Shown here in pieces: positions 55,886 through 64,000 of a DNA stretch of 64,000 bases. Below the pieces are notes generated by a model. It was not told where the DNA came from and searched no databases. It saw nothing but the letters and a program-made list of their open reading frames with translations. The stretch spans positions 1 to 64,000 of the forward strand of contig CAWFAK010000018.1 in the NCBI GenBank assembly GCA_963813715.1, written 5' to 3'. A program made the translations under genes and the position numbers. Every line of letters begins with the position of its first letter. Positions within the stretch are counted from its first letter, which is position 1. The DNA comes from an uncultured Planctomycetaceae bacterium (GTDB lineage Bacteria; Planctomycetota; Planctomycetia; Planctomycetales; Planctomycetaceae).

Positions 55886-57322
55886 ATGCTCTCGGTCGTC
55901 GACCAGGTCAAACATCTGCTGCCGTTCGGACTGTCCGGCACGATCACGCGGATCGTCGGCCTGACGGTCTCGGTCGCCGGCTTTCCCGCGCCGCTCGGCG
56001 CGGTGTGCCGGATTCTTCGCGAGCAGGGCCAACCGATCGACGCCTCGGTCGTGGGCTTTCAGGGCGACGAAACGTTGCTCTTGGCCTACGGTGATCTCGA
56101 GGGTGTCCGGCGCGGCAACCGCGTGTTGCTGCGGCAATCGGTTCCGGGCGCCCGCGTGGGCGAACGCCTGCTCGGCCGTGTGCTCGATGGTCGCGGCCGA
56201 TTTCTCGATCGACTGCCGCCCGCCGCTCGCCCGCATCGCATCCCCCTGTTCGGCACTCTGACGCCACCGCTCGACCGCCCGCGGATCGACGCGCCGTTGG
56301 CGACCGGCATCCGCGTGATCGATTCGCTGCTCACGTGCGGCAAGGGGCAGCGCCTGGGAATCTTCTCGGGCAGCGGAGTTGGCAAAAGCACGCTGCTTGG
56401 GCAAATGGCAAAGACCAGCTCTGCCGACGTCAACGTCATCGTCCTGGTCGGCGAGCGAGGCCGCGAAGTCCGCGAATTCCTGGAACGCGACTTGGGCTCG
56501 GAAGGGCTCCGCCGCTCGGTCGTCGTGGTTGCCACCAGCGACGAACCGGCCCTGATCCGCCTCAAAGCGGCTTTCCTAGGCACCGCAATCGCCGAATATT
56601 TCCGCGACACCCACCGCGACGTGCTCTTGATGATGGACAGCGTGACCCGCGTCGCCCTCGCCCAACGAGAGATCGGCCTTGCCAGCGGCGAGCCCCCCGC
56701 CACCCGCGGCTATCCACCCAGCGTCTTCGCTCTCTTGCCGAAATTGCTCGAACGCAGCGGACGAACCGTAAGTGGAAGCATTACCGGTTTTTACAGCGTC
56801 TTGGTTGAAGCCGACGACACCAACGAGCCGATCTCAGATACGGTGCGCGGCACGTTGGACGGCCACATCATGCTCTCTCGCAAGCTCGCGCATCAGGCCC
56901 ATTGGCCGGCCATTGATCCGCTGGCCAGCATCAGCCGATCGATGAACGACATCGTCAGCCGCGAACATCGGGCCGCCGCCGACAGCATCAAACAACTCCT
57001 AGCCGCCTATCAGCAATCCGAAGATTTGATCACCATCGGAGCCTATCAGATGGGGTCGAACCAACTGGTCGACCAGGCGATCAAGCTGCGTGATCCGATC
57101 GACGCGTTCTTGCGACAGACGTCGACCGATCGCGTCACGCTGGACGTCGCCGTCAATGAGCTGATGAAGCTGGCGCGGCTCCGCGCGGGATTGGTGCACG
57201 AGGCCGCCTCGGTGCAGAGCGCTCCGAAAACTCCGCAGCGCCGCGTTATCGGCCGACCGGCCGCTCCCGGGGCGGCAGCCCCCAACGCTCAGCCCGCCGC
57301 CGTGGCCGGAGGTAAATCGTGA
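55886..57322 (+). CDS. fliI: Flagellar export ATPase FliI
   Basis: GQRLGIFSGSGVGKSTLLG, LVGERGREV, LLMMDSVTR, GEPPATRGYPPS, LDGHIMLSR. Confidence 0.96.
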   Translation: MLSVVDQVKHLLPFGLSGTITRIVGLTVSVAGFPAPLGAVCRILREQGQPIDASVVGFQGDETLLLAYGDLEGVRRGNRVLLRQSVPGARVGERLLGRVLDGRGRFLDRLPPAARPHRIPLFGTLTPPLDRPRIDAPLATGIRVIDSLLTCGKGQRLGIFSGSGVGKSTLLGQMAKTSSADVNVIVLVGERGREVREFLERDLGSEGLRRSVVVVATSDEPALIRLKAAFLGTAIAEYFRDTHRDVLLMMDSVTRVALAQREIGLASGEPPATRGYPPSVFALLPKLLERSGRTVSGSITGFYSVLVEADDTNEPISDTVRGTLDGHIMLSRKLAHQAHWPAIDPLASISRSMNDIVSREHRAAADSIKQLLAAYQQSEDLITIGAYQMGSNQLVDQAIKLRDPIDAFLRQTSTDRVTLDVAVNELMKLARLRAGLVHEAASVQSAPKTPQRRVIGRPAAPGAAAPNAQPAAVAGGKS

Positions 57323-57771
57323 GCGGTTTCGTCTTCACGCTGCGGCCGCTGCTCGAGTTTCGGCGACATCGCCGGGACGCGTGCCGGCAGCTCTTGGCGC
57401 AGGTGCTCGCCGACGAAGCCGCGCTGCTCGCCGAAAAGCAGACCGTGCTGGCGTCGCGTCAGCGGCAGTTCGACGAAATTCGCGATCTGAGCCGCAGCGG
57501 CCCGGTCGCCGTCGAGCGAGCGGTTGCTCGGCGTTATCACAGCGGACAATTGCTGGGTTTGGTCCGGGCCCTCGACGAACGACGCCGGATCGTCGGTCAG
57601 CAGCTGCAGCTGTGTCGAGACGCGCTGGTGAAGGCCGATCAGGAAGTCAAAGTGCTCGAACGCGTGCAAGAGCGACAGCGGATCGAATACGACTATCGGG
57701 CCGAACGCGTGAGCCAGTTCGAGCGGGAAGACGCCTGGATGACTCGTAAGCTCGTGGAGGCGGCCCGATGA
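57319..57771 (+). CDS. fliJ: Flagellar export protein FliJ
   Basis: FVFTLRPLLEFR; coiled coil; ALVKADQEVKVLERV; GTGA overlap with fliI. Confidence 0.85.
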   Translation: MSGFVFTLRPLLEFRRHRRDACRQLLAQVLADEAALLAEKQTVLASRQRQFDEIRDLSRSGPVAVERAVARRYHSGQLLGLVRALDERRRIVGQQLQLCRDALVKADQEVKVLERVQERQRIEYDYRAERVSQFEREDAWMTRKLVEAAR

Positions 57772-58523
57772 TGCGCACGCTCTGGATCGTGCTCAGCGTC
57801 TGCTGCGTCGCGGTCATCGTCTCCGAGATGTCCGGCGCCGCCATCCTTTGGTCGCGCGGCTTCCTCACCGCGCGGCACCTGCGGGAAGTCCGCGAAGTCT
57901 TCGAGCCGCAGGAAAAAGAAGCCGTCGCGCTCGACGCCGAGTCGCAGCCGGTCATGCCCTCGTCGCAGGACGTGCTCCGCGAACGCAGCATGCGGGTGCT
58001 GTCGCTGACGTCGCTCGAGTCGGACGTCGGCTTGCTCAAAGCGATGCTCGACACCGAACGGACCAGCCTGAGCGCTCAGAGCGCGGCCTTTCAGCAAGAG
58101 CGGGCCGCCTTCAAGGCCCAACTGCAGCAGCTCTCTGACGAGACGGCCGTCGCGGCCCGCGACCAGGCCCGCGGCGTGCTCCTGGCGCTGCCACCCAACG
58201 AGGCGGTCGAGCGGCTGATGCAACTCACGGTGAACGACGACGTCCTGCTGCTGCGGGAAATGCCCGAAAACAAGATCGCCCTCCTGCTCAAGGAATTTGT
58301 CTCGACGCCGGAAGGCGAGACCGTCAGCGCCAACACCCGCGGTGTATCCGAGCGACGTCAGCGCGCCCAGGAGATTTTCAAGAGCATCAACAACGGCGAG
58401 CCGCGCAACTCGATCATTCGTTCGGCCCTCTCGAACCTGCAACAAGCCGAAGGCGAACGACCAGCGTCGCCGGCCAACGGAGCTACGGCGTCCAGCAACG
58501 CACCGGCCACGACCACGCGATAA
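57768..58523 (+). CDS. MotE/YlxF(FlbB)-like flagellar protein
   Basis: N-terminal TM, coiled coil, LLALPPNEAVERL...LLREMPENKIALLLKEF; lies between fliJ and fliK. Confidence 0.6.
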   Translation: MMRTLWIVLSVCCVAVIVSEMSGAAILWSRGFLTARHLREVREVFEPQEKEAVALDAESQPVMPSSQDVLRERSMRVLSLTSLESDVGLLKAMLDTERTSLSAQSAAFQQERAAFKAQLQQLSDETAVAARDQARGVLLALPPNEAVERLMQLTVNDDVLLLREMPENKIALLLKEFVSTPEGETVSANTRGVSERRQRAQEIFKSINNGEPRNSIIRSALSNLQQAEGERPASPANGATASSNAPATTTR

Positions 58524-58584
58524 GAACCAGGCGAAGAGCCAAACGACGAAATGACGCAGTTCGATCAATGACACACTTCTATAA

Positions 58585-60484
58585 ATGACACAGATCAATA
58601 CCACGATCGCACCCTTCTTGCCGCCGAGCTCGGCCAGCTCGGACGCGAGTTCCACTGCGCCCGAATGGGCCACTTCGCAGGTCGACTCCAGCTCGTTCCT
58701 CCAATCGCTCACCGCCAACGGGAACTCGAACGCGTTCGCACCGCCGGCCTCCGGCACGAACGTGACGGGACAGCCGGCCACGTCGCCGGGCTTCGCGCCC
58801 GTCAACGGTGCGCCGCCGGGATTCGGGAATTCGAGCACGGGGAACTTGACCGCTGGGAACTCGACCGCCGGGAACCCCGCCGCCGCCAACTCGAACGGCG
58901 CCACCTCGAATGCCGGGGGCTCCAGCGGTCCGTCGAATCCCTTTGCCGCTAATTCGAGCGACAATTCGTCGACGGCGGCGGCGGCGGCGAATTCTGCGAA
59001 TCAGAACGGCGCAGGCGCCGGCAAGAAGACACAGTCGAGCCAGAACAGTTCCTCGTCCGCGAGCCAGTCGGCCCAAAGCCAGTCAACCCAGAATCAATCG
59101 ACGAATTCCTCGTCGACCTCCGCGACGAACTCGTCATCGTCGGCCGATGGAACGTCCGGTCAGACGAATTCACCAAGCCAGGCCACGAACCAGGCGAACG
59201 CCTCGGGACAATCGACCGACGGCACAGCAGCGCCGAGCACAGCGGCGAACGCCAGTCAAAGCGCTACCGCGAGCCCGACCACCCCGTCCGGCTTGGCCCA
59301 ATTGCTGCAGTCCACCTCGGACGCGGGCAATTCAACAACGAATCTCAAGGCAAGCGGCTCGTCGTCGGGCGCCGACCCGAGTCAACCGCTCGTGGCTCCC
59401 CCCGCACTCGCGCAAGTTTTGACACGCACGCCGCGTCAGATCGGAGACGCGGGCGGGAACAAATCCGCTGCGAAGTCGGCGAGTGCGACCACGGCTCCGA
59501 GTTCTTCGTCGACTCAAACGGCCAACGCCTCGAACTCTCACGGCGACACTCGACGCATCGAGCGCGCTGGCCGGGGCGGCGACCGCGACAACGCTGACAA
59601 CCGAACCCGCGACCGTCACGCCTTCGGCGGCTCCGCAAGCTTCCACTGCCAATTCCGTCGGACCGCTGGGCGTCGATATCACGGGCGTTGGCCTGACGGG
59701 TGCCAGCGCGGCTGCCGCCAGCGATTTGGACGCATTAAGCGAGGCGGCCGACCAGTTGGCGACCGGGACGGCGGCCGATCTCGACGGCGAGATTGCCGCC
59801 AACAGCACTGCCGCGACGCCGACCACGTCTCCGACAACTTCGAGCGCGTCGCAACCGGACGCCGATTCGTCCGCCGCGAAATTATTAACCGACAAAAACA
59901 CTGCGAGCGCAACCGTGGCGCCGACGGCGAACGACGCCCCAGCCGCGACGGCGGTCGCAACCGTCACGACCTCCGCGAGTGTGACGGGCACATCGACGAG
60001 CGCCGCGCATGGGGCCGGCGCGACGAATGCGCCGACCGCGCAATCGGCGCAAGAAATGGCCGATCGCGTGGCGAGTGCGCTCAATAACGGCTTCTCCAGT
60101 GGCGGCGAGCTGCGGGTACGGGTCGAACCGCCGGCGCTCGGCAAAGTGCAAATCCAAGTGCAGGCGGACGCCGGCTCGATCTCGGCCCGAATCGAAGTGC
60201 AGACTCCGGCCGCGCAAAAAACGCTGCTGGACAACATCTCGATGTTGCACGACGCGATCGGCCAGACGGGAGCGACCGTCGGGCGTATCGAGATTGAGGT
60301 TGCGCCGCAGCAGCAAAACGCCAACGACGCCAACCAGCGCGACGGCGGCTCGGGACGGGAGCAACAAGACTCGGGCAACGCGAATTCGCAGAATCAGTCG
60401 AATCAGAGCGGGGGCGGGAACCAGCAGCAAAATTCCGGTGGGCGCACAAACGCCACCATCGATGAGATCGATATCGATATCTAA
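58585..60484 (+). CDS. fliK: Flagellar hook-length control protein FliK (frameshift near 59540)
   Basis: Long Ser/Thr/Ala/Asn-rich region plus C-terminal LRVRVEPPALGKVQIQV...ARIEVQTPAAQKTLLDNISMLHDAI and Gln-rich tail. Confidence 0.88.
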
Positions 60485-60514
60485 TTCCCCCGTCGTCGGG
60501 GCAAGGAGGCCAAG

Positions 60515-60952
60515 ATGAGTGCCATAACCAATCCGACCGCCGCCGCTCAAACGCAGACCTCGCAGGCGGCCGCCAACTCCAACACGAACGCGGGCGGGTT
60601 CAACAACCTGACCACGGCGGACTTCATGCAGATGTTGATTGCCGAGCTGGAGAACCAGGATCCGACGAACCCGATGAGCAACGAGGACCTGATGACACAG
60701 CTCGCGACGATGAGCCAGCTGCAGTCGACGCAGGACCTGGACTCCGCGCTAACGGCCAACACCAACAACCAGCAGTTGTCGATTGCCTCGTCCTTCATCG
60801 GCGCCAACGTGACCGGGACCGACAGCAACAACAAAGCGGTCAACGGCGTCGCCACGCAGGCCCTCTTGCAAAACGGCACCGCCTACGTCGCCGTTGGCAG
60901 CTCGCTGGTGCCGCTGGCCAACATCACGGGAGTCGCCCCGGTATCGGCCTAA
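60515..60952 (+). CDS. flgD: Flagellar hook capping protein FlgD
   Basis: DFMQMLIAELENQDPTNPM...QLA.MSQL; ASSFIG..V. Confidence 0.93.
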   Translation: MSAITNPTAAAQTQTSQAAANSNTNAGGFNNLTTADFMQMLIAELENQDPTNPMSNEDLMTQLATMSQLQSTQDLDSALTANTNNQQLSIASSFIGANVTGTDSNNKAVNGVATQALLQNGTAYVAVGSSLVPLANITGVAPVSA

Positions 60953-61101
60953 GTGGCGGCCTAATCCACACAACGTAAGCGCTCCACGAACCGCATGTGG
61001 TTGGGACGCTGCGCGCCTGCGAAGGTGTGACGAATCCGTTCTGGCGGAAATCAAGACGAAGGTCGCCCGCAGCGGAATGAACCAGAACGGGCTGGTGTTC
61101 T

Positions 61102-62371
61102 TCACTCGATCTTTGTGGCTTGCTTCGGCACATATTCTCCCCCATCGCTGCGGAAGAGCTGCCCTGTGGGGGCGTCATGAACCGACATCTTGCCTTTCGC
61201 GAGATCCCAGACGAAGACAGTAACGGCCTCGTCGGGGACGCGATGGCGAGCCTTGGGGCTCATGAAATCGTTCGTGCCGAAGAACGCGATGCGAGTGGGT
61301 TTTTCGAGCAATTGGATGCGATCCGGCATGACGAGACCCCATTCCGAGCGATCGAGCGGGGGCGCAATCTCGTAGCGCGGGCCGTCGGAAAATGGCACCA
61401 GTGTCGCTGACGGTGCTTCATTCGAGAAGACGCCCCCGGTGCGGGACTGAAAGTACAGCCGCCCATCCAACGAGAGGCCCGCAGCCATGGCGGCGGGGGT
61501 TCCGATGGTTTCCTTCTTGGGCTTCTTGACCAGGATCGGCTCGGGCCGTGGGCGCTGCCACACGAGGGCGTATTCGCCGCGGTTGTAAGTTTTGCCGCCG
61601 AGTGTAAACGTCTCGTAAAGCCCGCCCCGACTGTTAAGAATCGCCTCGGGGGTGGATACGAGGTACTTCAAATCATCTGTGAGCCAGGTCCTGACGTTTT
61701 CGAAGTGTTCGATCGAACGGCAGGCCGTGAATGCGGCTTCCAGCCATGGATCGTCAATGCGCTTGCCCGTCAAACGTTCGTGCAGCGTTGTCTTTCCGCC
61801 CGAGAGCTGCAGGTGGTAACGACCAGAGAGGGTGGTCACCGTCTCTTCGTTCATCGGCGGCCCCGGAGGAGGCAGCGGCAGAAACGGACCGTCCTTTTTC
61901 CAATAAGGTTTGGCGTCAAGGACGAGGTGTTCGCGAACCATTGCTCGGGCACCGTTCCCCTCGGCTCGAATCCTGACAACGGCGCCGTCCCACGCCAGAT
62001 CGATGAACGGCGTGGCCTGCCTGGCAGCCGCGTCTTCCTTTGTGAAGATCGGCCCCGCGTCAAAGCTGAGTGACGAGCGCTCGTTGGGCACATCCCACAG
62101 CGGTCCGATGACGCGCGCCACGACTCTCGATGGGGCCGTCTTTCGACAAATCGACCGTGATCAGCCAACCCTTGGCGTTTGAAGCTTTGGAGCTGTGCGA
62201 CCCGAAAGGCCGGTGTCTGCTGGCAGTCTCCAGGATGACTCGTAATTCGTCTCCCGCCATGCGAACCGATCGGATCCTGAACTCGGGAGAGCCGCTCGCG
62301 CTGCCGCATCCGAGAATCGTGGCAGCGAAGAGGGCAAGAAACAGGATGGCAGTCCGGGAACGACGTTGCAT
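61102..62371 (-). CDS. Hypothetical lipoprotein (frameshift near 62120)
   Basis: MQRRSRTAILFLALFAATILG-C lipobox; joins ORF 61102-62121. Confidence 0.65.
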
Positions 62372-62949
62372 TTCAGAGCATGCCTCGCACGACTATGGGG
62401 CGCAGGAGAAATCCTCCAAATTAGGAATCGTTGTCCGAGACATGTTCGGACCGTCCTGGACACGACAGCACGAGCAGCATGACGATCACGGCATGGTGGA
62501 CGAATCCGTCGGTAGTGGGTCAGTTTGAAATTCGGTCCCGATCGATGACGACCCCCGAGTCTTGACGAGCCTCGCGCAGCTCAGCGATAAGTTCGCGTAG
62601 CAACCGGTTATTTTCGTTTAGAAGGCTGATTGCCTTTTCTTGCTCGACGTTTTTAGAGTAACGCAGCATAAACGAAACGCGACACAATCGCTGCCACGAG
62701 GAATAAAGGGTTCCAAAGGTCCTGCATTATCGCGCTCCAGCTGACGGGCTCAGCCGTTCGGGTGACACTTGCAGTATGCAGAAACGCCCAGCTAAGAAAA
62801 AGCTCCCCCGCGACGTGAACGCCCGGGGCCGTAACCCGCGAACGGGCTGCCGTGACAGTTGATCTTGTGTGAATAGGCGTTCTGGTAAAATAGAGGTACC
62901 GGACGCAGTGCGCAGTGGCGGTGCGGCCAGAAGACCGAGCTGGAATGAT

Positions 62950-63077
62950 GGGTGTCCATGCCCACAGCTTTGTGTGGGCATGTCCTGCAATGCATGCCCA
63001 CGCCGAGCCGTGAGACTGTTCGGGAATTCAAAGGGAAGATTTGCCTTGGGTGCCACGGTTGAGCTTGCTCAACCGTG
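62950..63077. repeat. Cluster of REP-like palindromes with GGGTG(T)C foot
   Basis: GGGTGTC-CATGCCCAC-N8-GTGGGCATG, a second CATGCCCAC at 62993, and GGGTGC-CACGGTTGAGC-TT-GCTCAACCGTG. Confidence 0.7.
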
Positions 63078-63137
63078 CTCCTAATGGGTCAGCCGTCAAC
63101 AGCAGCCGGAAAGAGCACGGCTGAGCCGAAGCGTCTC

Positions 63138-64000
63138 GAGGGGATCCGGGAATTCAGAGGCCGTCGAGGATCCAGCGAACTGAGCCGTTGTGTTTGTGTT
63201 TTCGGCGGTTGTAGCGAACGAGTAGCTGGTAGGCGAACAGGCGCCGAGAACTTGGGTGCGGTTGTTGTCCAAGCCACGGTGCCAGGCTCGCTCGTGAAGT
63301 TGGAATGTGGATTTGAACCATTCGTGGAACGGCTCGGCGGTTCTGCCTCGCCGCGAATAGTGAAGCCGGGCTGTCTTCGTCTGGAAGTACTGATATCGCG
63401 CCTCCCGGCGAGTGCGGACTTCTCTTCGAGCACGATGTGCGTCGTGAAATGGTCCCGGCTGGCGACGATGTCCTCCTCGGTAGATTTGAGGGCATAAAAA
63501 CCGCCGGCCTGTCGGGTTGCCACGCGAATCTCGCTCGATGGCGTCAGCGTGGTCATTGCCGTCGTAGCCGCTATCCGCCAAGACGTACTTGGTGGGTCGA
63601 GGCAAGTGTGGAATCTTTTCGGGGAATGACCGGTGCTCACTCCAGTGAGCCTGATTCACCGACGCCAAGAGGGGCACAACAAGTCCCTTTTTCCCCGCAG
63701 AAAGTAGGACTTCGTAGGAGTAGCCCTGGACCCAACCATGGTGCTTGCAATAGCCCCACGTGCTCTCACGGTCCACACCCCGCAAAAGCTTTCCTTGGAT
63801 GCGCAGCCGTTTTGGCCACTTCGGACCCAACGACCGAATCAGGCTTTTGTCGACAGCCACACAACGTGCGTCGCCGACTTGATGCTTCAACAGACACCTG
63901 CCTTGAAGACGAACGGCAACCTGAAACAGGCGATGGGCCCTTCGATAACGCTCACAGTACGTGCTGCGTGACGGGAACCGGGTGGTCCCGATCCATTCCA
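63138..64000 (-). mobile_element. IS element (IS4/IS5-superfamily DDE), right part only
   Basis: Transposase open to the window edge; candidate terminal inverted repeat GAGGGGATCCGGGAAT abutting the stop codon. The other end is not visible. Confidence 0.75.
63154..64000 (-). CDS. DDE transposase, partial (frameshift near 63243)
   Basis: VAVDKSLI, D.ESTWG....HGWVQGY, YVLADSGYD, YSRRGRTAEPFHEWFK; C-terminus FAYQLLVRYN...WILDGL* in the shifted frame. Confidence 0.85.

Overview
High-GC bacterial chromosomal window, almost certainly Planctomycetota (two LEPRxLL-type secreted giant proteins, a DUF1559 domain, a Ser/Thr kinase-FGE fusion, a PQQ-like propeller, groEL-groES-groEL-dnaJ-grpE). Left to right it holds: the 3' half of tRNA-Arg; an enolase-superfamily enzyme plus MFS transporter; dinB; a 15-repeat Ig-domain surface protein; an accessory block with a SAM methyltransferase, a small ubiquitin/MoaD-like protein ending in VGG and a DUF4132 protein; a second Ig-repeat surface protein; a BlaI/M56-DUF1559 pair with a visible operator; ArsR-SRPBCC; a kinase; a polar amino-acid ABC transporter interrupted by two insertions; a chaperone operon with yacG; MMPL; gpmI; a flagellar cluster (TPR protein, flgN-like, degenerate sigma54-type activator, flgBC, fliE-J, fliK, flgD); REP-like palindromes; and a DDE transposase running off the end. 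By manual count about 25-30 single-base frameshifts occur, including in housekeeping genes and several at homopolymers, so they are most likely sequencing errors, and genes are reported as reconstructed. The best candidate for an undescribed system is the ubiquitin-like VGG protein plus DUF4132 module at 14.0-17.2 kb. The next is a 766-bp integrase-less cassette that replaced the 3' end of an ABC ATPase gene. All family assignments come from motif recognition by eye; no database searches were run.
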